DNA of 63,935 nucleotides, the filler included, from Klebsormidium nitens (lineage: Eukaryota; Plantae; Klebsormidiophyceae): assembly GCA_000708835.1 (NCBI GenBank). It is 7 parts of 7 records of this genome, joined end to end, with 100 filler letters (N's around TTAATTAATTAA, not from the genome) between each part and the next. Parts side by side here need not be neighbours in the genome. Positions count along the whole stretch, not along the records: positions 1 to 25,793 come from DF237131.1; 6 more parts are not named here. One strand, given 5' to 3'. The notes under the pieces were generated by a model. It searched no databases. It was given only the letters and a program-made list of their open reading frames with translations, and was not told the DNA's origin. How positions within the stretch are numbered: position 1 is the stretch's first letter; every line of letters begins with the position of its first letter. Shown one piece after another: positions 1 through 12,500 of the stretch. A program made the translations under genes and the position numbers.

Positions 1-66
1 ATCATTTTTGTCCGGACCCCCGGCTTTCCCCCCGGGATAACCTTCATCAATTTCAAATTCATCAAA
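1..66 (-). repeat. One unit of the ~70-bp subterminal repeat, inverted relative to 13085-13410
   Basis: Reverse complement TTTGATGAATTTGAAATTGATGAAGGTTATCCCGGGGGGAAAGCC resembles GATGAAATTGAAAATGAAGAAGGTCTTCCCGGGAGGGAGACC at ~13160. Confidence 0.7.
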
Positions 67-94
67 GTTTCCGACCACGCATTTCTTGCACCCA

Positions 95-204
95 ACGCCT
101 ATACTTGAAGGTAGGGTCAATATATATATATATATATAAAGTCTAAGCGGCAACTCTTTGCTCTAGACGCCTATACTTGAAGGTAGGGTCAATATATATA
201 TATA
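95..204 (+). repeat. Direct repeat ending in (TA)n, upstream of the transposase
   Basis: ACGCCTATACTTGAAGGTAGGGTCAATATATATATA at 95 and 167. Confidence 0.85.
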
Positions 205-304
205 CATTTATATGTAAGGCCATTCTCATATACACTGGACGCCTTGAACAGTATATATATTTTTGAGACACTTTCTTTAGTAGAGGGTAGCACTGGCGCT
301 GCAC

Positions 305-380
305 TGGCCCGACTGGCCAGTGATTTCTAAAACCTTGCCAGAGCCCTTTTGGCGTCGTGGGTTCGATTCTCCGATCACCA
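305..380 (+). promoter_or_regulatory. tRNA-like A-box/B-box pair (possible Pol III type-2 promoter)
   Basis: TGGCCCGACTGGCC at 305, GGGTTCGATTC at 359, ending in CCA at 380. No full cloverleaf established. Confidence 0.3.
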
Positions 381-502
381 ACATCTTTTCCCCATTCCTC
401 TTTTCTTTTGCTCCAGACGCATGCACCTGAAACCCATGGCTCTCTAAATGCATTGTACTTTTCGGCATTGAGATATGCAGCACCTGGGCGGCGCTGGGAA
501 CC

Positions 503-3500
503 ATGGCTGCTCATGGGGAACGGACAGGAGAGGAGCAGAGGGCAGCGAGCAGCAGCATGAATGCATTGGCCTACCCGCTTTCGCTCCCAGCATTTGAGGT
601 ACTGCTGGAGTGCTTGAAGAGATACAAGCAGCCTTTTCCGGCGCGAGCGGAGGTGATCACGGACATTATCAATGCAATGCTGCCAGCAGAACAGCAGGTG
701 ACCAAGGTACAGGTTTTCAACGTGCTCGACAAGCTTAAGACACAAGAGCCCGTGTTCGCAGTCAGGCAGCATCTTGTGCAGCAGCGTACTGCAAGTGTGG
801 CCAGGGAGCAGGGCACTCTTTTCGTTGCCATGCCACAGCCCATCAAGTGTGTCCTGTGTACCGCAGATCTGAAGTGGGCGCCAGCGGTGACAAAGTCTTT
901 CTTTTACCCGCATGACGGCGCGCCGTCAAAAGGCCTTGTGTACAGCAAAGTCTGCTCCGCATGCAACACACTGTACTGGACATCTCACGTACTACTGCCC
1001 GCGTGGGAGCGATGTGAGACGGCCCTACACAAAGAGCGCAGACAATGCCAGCTGGCTCCAGCTCTTCGGGGACACCATCCTCAGCCGGGAGCTTCTCAAG
1101 AGGCACGACTACAACCTGTGAGTGCCTTTCTTTTTTGTATCTGATACTCCATCTACATTTCAGCCTTACCCGCGAGATCAACACTCGCCAAACATCCATC
1201 ACAAGCAGCATTTGAGGGCGGGTACAAGGATAGTGCAGGCTCTTAGATTCCTGGAGATGCTATTTTCAAACTCTGGGCGCATGCGGGGCAGGACCAAACA
1301 AACGCACGTCACAGGGCCTTTCTGTTTCCGCTGTGAAGAAAGACAGTTGGCACTCCCTGTACTGCTTTTCTAGCAGGTGCTGCGAACGTAAGTTTAACAA
1401 ACCCTAAACTCCTTCTCCAGGTACTACGCTCAGACCAGCTTCTCCGCTGCGGTCAACGTGCACAACGTGCTTTACGGTCTCCAGCGGTTCACGGAGGCAC
1501 CGGAACTGGGCCTCCAGCACAATCAACACCTGCGCACGCACAGGGGTGCGCTGTACGTGAAGCGCTTTGAAGAGGGCTACTTGCTCTCATGGGTGCTGCG
1601 ATTCTGCCAGGAGCTTTGCGAGAGCCAGCTGAGCGAGATTGATCTCCGGTGGCCGCTGGATGTCCTGATACACCGGGTGAGACCTCTTCCAGGCGTCACA
1701 CTGACACCTTTTGCTGACCCATCTTTCCTCTTCTTTCCAAGAAACAGCATTTGCCGCTTCCAGCAGTAACAGACAGACAGCCATCTCTTGGCCACCGTGT
1801 GTTCTTGTCAATACACCGGCCAACAGTGCCAATACTCAGCTCCAGTTCGCCCACGTAGTTTATTCGTTTTCGTTTTGGAAATGAGTTCGTGCAGAAGACA
1901 ATTCCACTCTCCTTGGCCAACTTTGCGACAGGCTCTGTGTTAGGTCGGGTTGAGCAGTCGCATTCTCTTCAGAACTCTGCTTTTGGGTTGTGTACACGTT
2001 TCAGCAGGTATGCCGAGCGCACTTCTTGTTCCTGCGAGAGGCCTCTGGCGCCAAAGGAAGATTGTACATCAGCAACGCATGGGGCTTCTCTCGTGAGCGG
2101 TCTCTTTATTCTGCCCCATCGTTTCATCTGCAGATAATCGACCCCTTCTGGTGCCAACTCAGAGATGAAGCCCTGGAGCACCCGAAGGTCTGCCGGAACG
2201 AGTTCTGCGGGCGGTACGCCCATGTGGACGGTAACTGCAAGGTTATCCGGAGCTGTTGCGCCCGCCGGGACGTGGAGATGTTCGAGACGGCAATCGGGCG
2301 AGTCGTGAAAGGCTGCCCCAAGACGCCGGCGCGAGGCAAACGCTTCTGCAAGGAGCATCTGCAAGAGGCAATACAGAAAGGGCAAGACGGGGATGCACTG
2401 CCACCCGAGGCCGGGGAGCCGGGTGATTCGGACGTTGATGACGGCGACAACGCCGCCGAGAGCGACGACGAGATAGTTTTTCTGGGGGAGGGCGATCAGG
2501 GGCGGGAGCAGGGGGGCGCCACCGGGGACGTGGCAGCCGCAGACGGAAAGACGGCGGGCCGGGCACGTGACAAGGGGAAGGGCAAGGCGCCCGAACCGGA
2601 CGGGCCGCAGCAACAAGAGTGGGAGGTCAACGAAGACGCACCGGTGGCGCTCCGCACCCGTGGGCGGGCACAGCTTGCAAGTTCCGGGGGGATCTGGGAA
2701 GCGGAGCGGATCGTGAAGAGCATGGTCAAAGGAGGGGTAAGCAGAGATCGCGTTTCCATGAGCAAATCAGCTTCTGAAGACACCCGATTTCAAGCTATGT
2801 CGGCCTCTACATCGATAGGAATTTTGAGACTTTATCTTTCTGCATCTGCATATGGAATCAGCCTCCGTCGGGGTTCTTTTCTCGTTGCACCGAGTTGAGT
2901 GGCGTCTCTCCGAGAAGCTGTCTGCGATGACGATGCTGACGAGAGGCATGCACTCCCTTGAGATTCTTTCTGCCTTCGTTTGGGGTTAGCACGCTAACGA
3001 GATCGGAAGCCTGGCGTACGAGGAACTCTGCACCCGAATCGGTCGAGACCGCCTACGTTTTGTGATTCTCCTTCTTGTCGCAAGCTCTATTTACTTGACT
3101 ACTGGACGGTTGTCCGAAGCCACAGCCATAGTACTTTGTCGAATGTGCACGCAAGGTTTTCTTTTATAAGGACTCTGAATTGTATCGCCCGGCTGCCACT
3201 TGATCGTAGGTAACGATCTACCTCGTCAAGTGGAAGGGATTCCCATCATCGGAGAACACGTGGGAGACCTATGCCGACGTCACCATCGGCGGCATGGGTC
3301 TCATGAACGAGTTCAAACGCCGCCAGCTCCCAGGTGCGCAAAGAAAGCATCATTCGAAAGTCCTCTGAGACCGCTTCTCGCACGTTCTGCTCCGTTTACT
3401 CGTGTCGCTTGCAAGGTACGGATCTGTTCTCCGCTGCCCGTCCAATCTCATGTCAGTTCGAAGGACATGCCATCAATCCGCAGACTCTTTCCGAGAAATG

Positions 3501-5210
3501 ATTGTTCTCTCCAACTTCTACAGACGACTTCTACACCCGCGACCGGCAGGACAAAGAAGAGGACCCAGCGGACGAGACGTCGCAGCCGCAGCAGAAGAAG
3601 AGGAGGATCACATCCTGCACGCCCCGGGTATCGGCTGACGGCAAGGGCCACACGGCGGGAACGGTCGTCATGTTCTGGTGTTGCGGTCACATGTTTCCCC
3701 CGCTGGAGATGATCCTGTCGGAGAGCACAACGTTGGTAAGTCGAGAAGAAGCACGTCCATCCACGGAAAGCATTCTGAAAAGAAGTGCCCACGGAATGAA
3801 CAAAGGAACGACCAGATTCATCTGAGAGAAGAAAAGAAAGCGCGTTTCTTTTCTGCCGCGTCGAGGCCGCCCGCGATGCCCAGAATACTTCGCTGAACTC
3901 CAAGTCGCACTGATCTTTCTCCCTTTGGGCGGCCGCGGGCGCGCAGCCGCGGCGCGCGGCGTCTTTTTCCGATTTATGAGGTCGCCTGGTTCCCAGCTTA
4001 CGGTAGCAGCAGACATGCAGCCACGGAAAGAGAAAGTAACCGCCGATGCCAAGTGAGGACCTTCGCAGCCGTATAACGCTCCGTTACAAGCCAAACTCAT
4101 CGACAAAACGGTCACCCATTTCACAAACCCGAAACTAAACCCGTACAGCATCCTTACAGGTTCATCACTACTTCATGGAGTGTTTCGACCGCGTGGAGGA
4201 CCTGCCCGAGTACGCGGGCATGGACGACATGTGCCATTGGGCACGCTTTGCCGCGAGCGGCGGCCGCCCGGACATGTGCGCCAAGACGAAGGCCTTCGTG
4301 GAGAAGGTGAAAAAGCTCGGTAGGTTATGTTTACTACAGCGCGAGACGATGTAGTACGTGTCGAGTCAAATTCTGATGGCCCTTTTTACCAAGTAACTAC
4401 ATATTCTGCCCGGCAAAACAGAATTTGGTCAGTCAGGGTTTCAGGGAGCGAGACTTCTGGAATCCGGTGACAGAGTGTGCATTCGAGAGCGGAAAGATAG
4501 GATGAATCTGATGTCAGCCAGCTAGGCGCTGACGTCAGCAGGGTCTGATGGTACTTTTTTACCGAGTAAATACATCTTCTGCCCGGCAAAACAGGATTTG
4601 GTCAGTCAGGGTTACATGGAGCGAGACTTCTGGAATCCGGTGACAGAGTGTGCGTTCGAGAGCGGAAAGATAGGATGAATCTGATGTCAGCCAGCTAGGC
4701 GCTGACGTCAGCAGGGTTTGAGCTATTTGAAAAGAGACACGTGGCAGGCTGCGGATACCGTAGTTTGCAAGGGGCTACGGATGCTCGACGTCCATGCATC
4801 GCGAGGCATACTAGTCAGTCAATATCTTTGCGGTTGAGTATTGTCTCATATCTCATCGTTCCGACATGTTTGTAGTCGACAAATTCCACTACTCGAAGAA
4901 CCACGTGGGGAAGTGGTGCAAGGAGAACGTGAGCCCGTTCCTGTATCCGGAGCTGGAGGGAGCTAACATGAGCGTCTGCGAGCAACGGTTTAAGTGGTTC
5001 GGCAAATACCGATGGCTAGCGAGGTACGTACAAATGAGAGCAGTGCGGGCGGCTGACGAGACATAATAAAAGCACTCGGTGCGCAGGTCGACGGACGCTT
5101 TTGTCATGATGCAGCGGCACGCATTGCGAGACAGAAATCATTTGCTTGTCAGGCGTGCAGCAATCTTTGCTCGCAATGACAGACATGAAACGAAATCTTT
5201 CCGGCCTTAA
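503..5210 (+). CDS. Spliced KDZ-type transposase: CxC5, CxC6, chromodomain, catalytic domain
   Basis: CxC5-like KCVLC...VCSACNTLY; CxC6-like HPKVCRNEFC..VDGNCK..CCA..GCPKTP..FCKEH; catalytic GHTAGTVVMFWCCGH..SESTTLV, GMDDMCH, VDKFH..H..C, NMSVCEQ. Phase-consistent exons 1421-1676, ..-2736, 3210-3333, 3524-3735, 4160-4319, 4876-5023, 5087-5210. One frame change near 990; splicing between 1677 and 2134 unresolved. Confidence 0.8.
4372..4717 (+). repeat. ~173-bp tandem duplication inside a transposase intron
   Basis: GCCCGGCAAAACAG..GAGCGAGACTTCTGGAATCCGGTGACAGAGTGTG..CTGACGTCAGCAGGGT occurs twice, back to back. Confidence 0.9.
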
Positions 5211-5419
5211 AAGTGACGTGCACAATTGTTTGCAGAAACATGAACCAGCGGCGCTTCCAGTTCCTGCTCCTGATACTGACCAAGCTGGATCACCTACAAC
5301 GGGACGCAGCAACCAATCGCCATCTCCAAGCTCTGCAAGCCGCGCACCCGGGGGGGAGGCAGCCAACCCTGGCCGGGTCAACGAAACGACAGGTGACTAT
5401 CCAAAGCTAACACACGCAA

Positions 5420-8233
5420 TCACTCCATGTCATTCTCCTCTCCTTCGTTATCGTCTTCGTCGTCTTCCATCTCGGCGTCCTCTATCACGTCGGTCAGCCT
5501 GCATCGAAAGGGGCAAAACGGTTCGATTCTTTGCCGCAGAAATAAGACAGGAACTTATCTGGAATGAAACTTCGCATGAGCTGTCGGACCGAATATTTAG
5601 AAGAGGTTTTCGTTGAACGAGCACGCTGAGCACACTCACCTTTCTACGACTTGCGATTCCCGGTTGTAGAAGTCCTTGAATTTAAGGCCCAGCTTGGTTA
5701 GCTTGTTCACGATCTCCACGTACGACTGGCTTCCTTCCTCTGGAATCTCCTTGAAGAACACTGGCTGCTTCTTCTTGAATGGGTATTTCTTGGCGCGTTT
5801 GCATGATCCGAAGCAGTGGGAGCCGCCGTCGTCCTCCGAGCTCAGAAAGCTGAAGAGCTCGTCAATCTGCTGGATCGAACCGTACTTCCTCTTTCTGCTC
5901 GCTTCTCCTCGGGCGATGGTCTTGGCGTCCTTGAAGTCGTCGAAGAGCTTCACAGCGCGCTTCTCCAGCACGCTCTGCACAGAAAATAGTGATCGAATTA
6001 ACTCGAGAGCGACGGTCCATCAATCAAAAGAAGTCCAGGTCGGACGAAGAACGCACAGTCCAAAGAGTCACTAGAGCAAAACAAAGGAGGAAAAGTCAGG
6101 CCATGTCACAATCTAGACTCACCAGGCTGAACTTGTCGTCGTCCTTTTGCTCCCAGCTCTTGTCGTCGCCATCTTCTTCGTAGGGATTTTGCCAGTCGAG
6201 AACCTTGCTGACGATCTTTGACACGACCGGGTCGTTCTCAAAGTGCACCCGTTGGCGGAGCAAAAGAAGGATGTAGCCCCAAGACGCAGCCACCGAGTTC
6301 TCTGAGATCTTGTACACGTTTCCGACGCTCAGGTTGCTGGGACAGTTTGGGTCGCAGATAGTCATGATTGCTTCGTACGCCCCCGCAATGGCGAGAGCGT
6401 CTCCTTTGGCTTTGGACAGGAACCCTGCAGGAAACATGGAGAAGTCGGTTATTCTCAAAATTGGCCTGCGTTTTTCTTTTTTCGATCTCCCTCTTTTGCA
6501 GACAGAATGCAACAGATCTAGTTTCTGGAACGACAGTTTTCTTCTTAATTATTGTTTTGGATACTCACCACCCTTCTCTCCCTGGTCCTGGTCGTACAGA
6601 GACTGCAGGACCGTTTGGATGCGGTCGTGTTCTTTTTCGAAGGCCAGCTCGGCGTCCCCGTCCAGAATCCAAGTCACCTTCCTGGCAGTGCCGTCTTCGT
6701 CGTGGGCGAGCTTGTATAGGCGGTAGAAGATCTTCAAACAATGAAAATGCATGCATCAGACTTCAATAAAGAGGATTACTACAGTCCGAAATTCTGCAGT
6801 TTGTCAGAACTCGACTCGTCAAATCGACTAGGCAGCAGGACACGACTACGCAGACCTACCTCTGTCAACCGGTTGTCGTCGTCCTTGATGGTGTTTTGCT
6901 CGTTCACAGGAATCCGCAGCGCGTCTGTACAAAGATCCAGACATACATTCAGGTCTTATTATTCTAATTTTTGATTTTAAAACAAAAATTTCCTCTCTTA
7001 AAAGCACGTGCCTTTTCTGTTCACAGAGCGAAGCGAGCGGAACCAGCAAGCAGAACAAGAAAATACTCATTTGAGTGCTTCGACCTCAAGAGCTTCCAGG
7101 GGTGAGTCTCGCAACCTTTTATTGTTAGTGTTCAAGTCACAGGAAGTTTGCTCGCTTTGTTTCGCATTTGGAATCTTAAAGGAACGCGTACTACCAGCAA
7201 ACTTACCAAATTTTGGATAGAGCTGCGGCAAGAAGCAGATGGTCCACCTGTTCATCAGGCCGTCGTTGGGAACTTTCTCGATTTCACGCGCGATCGGATC
7301 TGGCTGCGTGTATCCACAGACAACCAGATGCGTCAGTTCACAGCTCCTCTTGTCTTTTTCGCTGACCGTCTCTCGCGTCCACGCTCCTCCACCCCGAAGC
7401 TTTAGAGCCGTGATGCGGTCAGCGTTCCCCTTTTTGAAGCAGTCTAGTGATTCAAAGAACTGCATCCCTTCTTCCAGATTTAGAAGCCCCGAGTGGTCCT
7501 TGTTGCTCAGCAAGATGTTGAACAGCCTCTCAAACGTAACCTGCAGAATGAAAGATAAACGTTAATTGTGTGATCACATGAACGACTAAAAAGAATAAAG
7601 CCTTTGAAGTTCCATCTGCAGAGTATTTGATATTCTTTTTGTATCAGAATGACATCAACACGGAGTTCAGAATCTATTTTACAGAGCGACATGCTACTGT
7701 CCTGATCAGAGAGAATTTCGAAAACAGTCAAAGAGCACATGCGAGTTTCTTAGGCTTACCGCGCCATCAACTGCGACCTTTACGAATCCTGCATTGCGCA
7801 TCTCGTCTTCGTAGGCTTCAGTTCCTACTGGGACCTTGTTTTCTTCGAGGTAGCTGATCATCCTTTCCTTGACTTCGTCGTTAATCTGCTCTTCAAAAGA
7901 GGTCACCGCTTTCTGGACCTTGTTGTAGGCTTGTGTTTTGCCTCCACCGCTAGACGACACAGCAATGCTCCAGTTTAGAACTCTCGTCTTCCAGTCACAC
8001 GACGTGATCACCACCTCAGAAAGTGGCCCGAGGCAGTAGGTGGCCACAGACACCACCGGCAAACCCAAAGCCCAGGGGCTGACAGCAACCCTCCTCGCAC
8101 TTCTGCAGATAACGTCAGCGATGGACTCGGGAAACGAGGTCATGAAATTGTCCACTGTGAGGATCTCAGAAATAGCTCTGATGTTGCCAATAGCACAGGC
8201 AGGGTGTCCTCCATTGCTCCGTCTCTTTGCCAT
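5420..8233 (-). CDS. Spliced DUF3987/YfjI-like P-loop NTPase (putative helicase)
   Basis: Walker A region NWSIAVSSSGGGKTQAY; VTFERL..GLLNLEEG; LVVCGYTQPD..DGLMNRW; LSKAKGDALAIA. Exons include 8233-7760, 7540-7207 and 6924-6860 with GT-AG sites; acidic tail ends at TGA 5422-5420. Confidence 0.8.
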
Positions 8234-8961
8234 TTGGACGGCGATCTGATAGATTCAAGCCAATAGAACCTTTTGCTTTCTTTGATAATGTTCACGATCA
8301 GTCCAACAAAGCGCGAGTACACTTCTCCTGCTCGCAATCAAAATTGGCAGTCGTTCATCAAGAACTTTCAAAACCTACCGAAACGAAATGGCAGGCTGTT
8401 TTCCTGTGTGAGACTCTTTGCAAAGTATTGCTGCTGCGCACGAGTCAAGGTGCGCTCATATCTAAATGTTCGAAACTTGAGGAATGAGCTGACTATGTGA
8501 AGAATGAAATGTAAACTTGGATCGAGATCTAAATGATGCTTCAGATGCAAAAGTCTCACTACAGGAAAGCTATTATATAGGCCTCATGTGCATGACTTAA
8601 CATGAGTCTCAAGTCTTCACTCACTCAGTGTTCGTACATAGCATATGCTCAAGAACCGTTCGAGATCTAGTACATATTGTGACCAGCCTAGCTGGAAAAA
8701 TGCATGCAATCAATCTGCCACCGCATGGATCTCCGATCACGTCACAGTTTCTCACAGGAATATAAGCGATGATTTCTTGCTTCCTGATTGGTCGTCTGTC
8801 TATCTTGACAGCGACAGCCAATCAGATCGCACGGATCTAGAGCATGGAGTAGTTGATACAGATACCGTCCGATAAGGGCGGCGTCCTATCGGATGGTGCA
8901 CACGCTATACTGCGCGAATCCCTGGATGCAATTCAAAAAAAACGACAAAAAGTTGATCGAA

Positions 8962-9046
8962 AGTTGCCGTAACGAGGATTCGAACTCGGACCATGCAAAA
9001 GCCACTAGCTATGAAGGTGGCGCGTGAGTTTGACCAGTTTGGCCAA
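8962..9046 (-). promoter_or_regulatory. tRNA-like A-box/B-box pair pointing toward the DUF3987 gene
   Basis: On the minus strand TGGCCAAACTGGTCAA is followed by GAGTTCGAATCC. Confidence 0.35.
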
Positions 9047-9171
9047 CCCACGCGTCAACAGCGAACCGTGGCCTTCCAAATGTGCTCCTTCAAAAATTTA
9101 TATATTGATTTAAAAGCAGTGACCGATCGGCGGCCGGTAGCGCGACAAACCTTTTGCCGCGCGCGGCCGGC

Positions 9172-9246
9172 TGGCCAAGATGGCTAGTGTAGTCAGCCAA
9201 TGACGGACACAAAAGTTGGGGCTTTTGTTCGAGCCCCGCTATCCCC
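9172..9246 (+). promoter_or_regulatory. Weaker A-box/B-box pair pointing toward the PrimPol gene
   Basis: TGGCCAAGATGG at 9172, GTTCGAGCCCC at 9227. Confidence 0.25.
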
Positions 9247-9547
9247 ACCGCCAACCGGTCTCTCACGCATTTGCGTCTAAGGAATCATCATCTTTGTTTT
9301 TTTTTTCCACCCCTTTTCCAACTTCACACAATTCTCGTACCTAGGCTCCATTCGCAATCATGAGGATGAAAGCAGGCGTCACTATACCATAATATACATG
9401 TTCAACCTTACACTATACTTGTACTCCTAATTGGTCATACAGTGTTCAGTTTCCTAGACCTGACCGCATTCAATTGAAAAGACCAGGTCATTCAAAGTTC
9501 CCAGCCGATAGATACTTCTGCTCATCAATGCACATTCCAGTGTAACC

Positions 9548-12500
9548 ATGTTCGAAAGCCTCAAAAAGCGCCTCCGTCGGGAAACAGGTGCCTACGAACC
9601 ACCGTCATTTGAGTTGATTCCTGAACCCCAGGAGGTTTTGAGAGATTTTGTAAAACAGGATGAGGCGCTGGCATTTGCTAGATCGTGTTCTAGCTGCTAC
9701 GATAACCAGCTGTACATCTTCGCCAAGGAGAACCCCGAGACTGGCGGTCGTACATTCTTTGTCTCAACATTCAGCAATTTCTTCACTAGGTAGGATCAGC
9801 ACACGTCCGTTAAGAGCCTGTCCACTGTTTGAGCAAAAAAAATAGTGGATTCGCTTTCTGAACTCACGTGTCCTCAAGCCTACCATCCTACTAAGCGAAG
9901 CAGAGTCTTGCTAACAGCTCCCTGCTGCTTCCCTTCCGTGCAGGTGGAGCAGTCATAAACTCCCTGGAGAGCGTCACTTTTACGAGGTCATCTACGACGT
10001 AAGGAGCCAAATTCTCCACGACTAGGTTCTATAAGCTGAACTCTTCAGGACTATCGAGGTCCCTTGGAAAAAGTTGCATGGCCTGCACCGCCGTTTCTGC
10101 AAGGAGATGACATTTTTGAAACATTAATCAATCGAAACTGTTTGTCTTGCAGAAATGCAACCTGTTTGTAGACATCGACGGAGATAGATCAGCTCTACCA
10201 TCCCTGCTTGAAGTGGAGGAAGGGATTGAACAATCTATACAATTAGTAGACCAGCTCGCACATCACGTCTTCAGGGCCCACCTGGACTGGGGTCGAGTGG
10301 TAGAAATGGACGCGTCGAACTCCGGTGAGCAGCGTCTTTGGCGTCTTTGCTCAAGGAACTAGGACCTGGCCGGATGACAACTTGCAAGAAACGAAGAACT
10401 CGATCACAAGCTGTATCTGTATTCAACCCGAAAATCTTGCCCCACTCTGATTTTCAATTCCTCGTTTGCCTTGCAGTGAAGTTTTCGAGGCACTTGGTGC
10501 TTCCCTTCTTCAACCACCACTTCACAGACACTAAACAGGCCGGCAGGTTCATCTCGCAGGCAAGCGCAGCATCTGTAATGTGCGGCGCTCTCTGGAAAAA
10601 GATACATATCGATCAAAACGCGACATGCTCTTCTTTCTACTTTGACACCGATTGTCTAGACGAATGGTGCCCTGTCATTCGTTATTTTTTAACAGGAAGA
10701 TGGAAAGTGGAGCTCCTTTAGAGATTCCGTACGATCACACACCTCACTGACGCAGGTTTGCCAAGAGCTTACCAAACGAACGCAAAACGGTGACAAGAGA
10801 TACCTTCCGCTAGTCAAGACGTGGACGGAGCAAGGCGAGGCGCTGCTGCTGATCGATCAAGCCGTGTATACAAAAAACCGGCAATTCAGGACTTTCGGAT
10901 CGACAAAATTCAGAAGCACCAACGACCTCAAGCTCACGAACAGATACTACGAGACCAAGGTGGGTGAGGTCACAGATTATATGTCGGAAAAAGAACAAAT
11001 CTCTGTAATCAAACACATTCAATGGGCTCAGCTGACAGATCGAACAGATGAAGTCCAGTAATTCGCCTTGTAATTTTCTTACTTGAACGCGACGTTCTCA
11101 TCTCGCTCTCAGGGACCCAAAGAGGACCTGAGACACAGTCTCGTAGGAAACGTACCTAGGTCCAGCAAAGAACTGACGGCGCACACGCAGGTAAGCATTT
11201 GGCGACGTTACTTTTTCTTGTCATCGACTGCGCCAAAAGCAAAACCACGAGATGTATTGGAGTATTATGCTTCGGTTTGCTCATCAATCTGGTGGCACCA
11301 CTGCAAACGCTCCCCTATCTTCTGCAGATCCCACCGCCATCACGGAAGCTGAATGATACAAAACCTGAGACAGAAACGCAGAGTCTGTACATCCCGTTCA
11401 GAGATGAGGCCCTAGAACAATACCTGAAGAGCTGCACTCGTTCCCTCTGTACAGACGAAAACGGTGAGGACCGCGTGCACATCCGTGCATGTTTTCAACT
11501 GTGGACCTGCACAGTCGGACAGGTTGACGGAGAGCCGCAGGATAGAATAGTGATAAAAAATAGAAAACCCAACCGTTTCCTGGCGCCGATTCTGGCGTCC
11601 TTTTTCCGTCCACTATGCAGCGAGCATCCAGTCAGGCAAGCTGTACTCCCATAACTACGTCATCTACAACATCACAGATAGCACATTCTGCCCCGTCAAA
11701 AAGGGCGAGCACAAAAAGCACTCCGGTGAGATGTCATGAAAGCAATTTTGTTCTGTTTTTTTCTCTTTTCTTCGATTCTAATCTTAGCTTTTATCCTTCC
11801 CGCTAAACATGGACATAAGATTCAAGTTTAGGCGTATACAAATTCACGCGGAAGCAGGATGTCAGACGCCCGTTTTGAATTCTGTGCAGCGTACTGGGTG
11901 GTGGATACGGCAGACTCGTGTACATATTTGAAGTGCCACGATGTGGCGGATTGCGAAGGTGAGTTCCACGTTATCACATCCGTAGACAGCTAGAATGATC
12001 CGTCAAACGTCACGAGACTTTATATGAAGTTTCCTTAATGAAAGAAGGCGCGCTCGCATACAAAGTCGCGCTCACATACAAATCTGACTGCATACATACA
12101 AAATCAGATGACGCCTTTTTTCCTCTCCGTTTCGCAGGGAGAAAGTCTACAATCAAGCCTTTGCCCAAGCACCTAGCGCTCAAGCTCAAGACTACCGTGT
12201 CCGAAATTTTGCAGATACAGGAAATGCTGTCGCAGGTACGAATAATATTGTATGTCCAGTTTCTTTAGCCTTCGACCGTAAGGCCGCTGTGACTTTGCTT
12301 CTCTCGCTACTTCTGTAACCAAAAGTCTGTGTCCTGTACATTAGCACGACCAACAGGATATTAAGTACGACTCTTTGTAAGCTGACCATCCGCGTCCTCC
12401 ACGTGACAGGACGACACGATTGCACTCTTCGACAACGAGACGACCGTTCTTGGCGAATCAGCTTGCTCTCCACCCTTCCCCCACGAAACGACCCCGCCCC

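Noticed and set aside
143-913. 256-aa minus-strand ORF and many similar antisense ORFs over GC-rich genes (20.5-24.8 kb, 43-47.8 kb)
   Set aside because: Shadows of real genes on the other strand or frame; no recognisable motifs.
8962-9050. Functional tRNA gene
   Set aside because: A/B boxes are present, but I could not build acceptor and anticodon stems.
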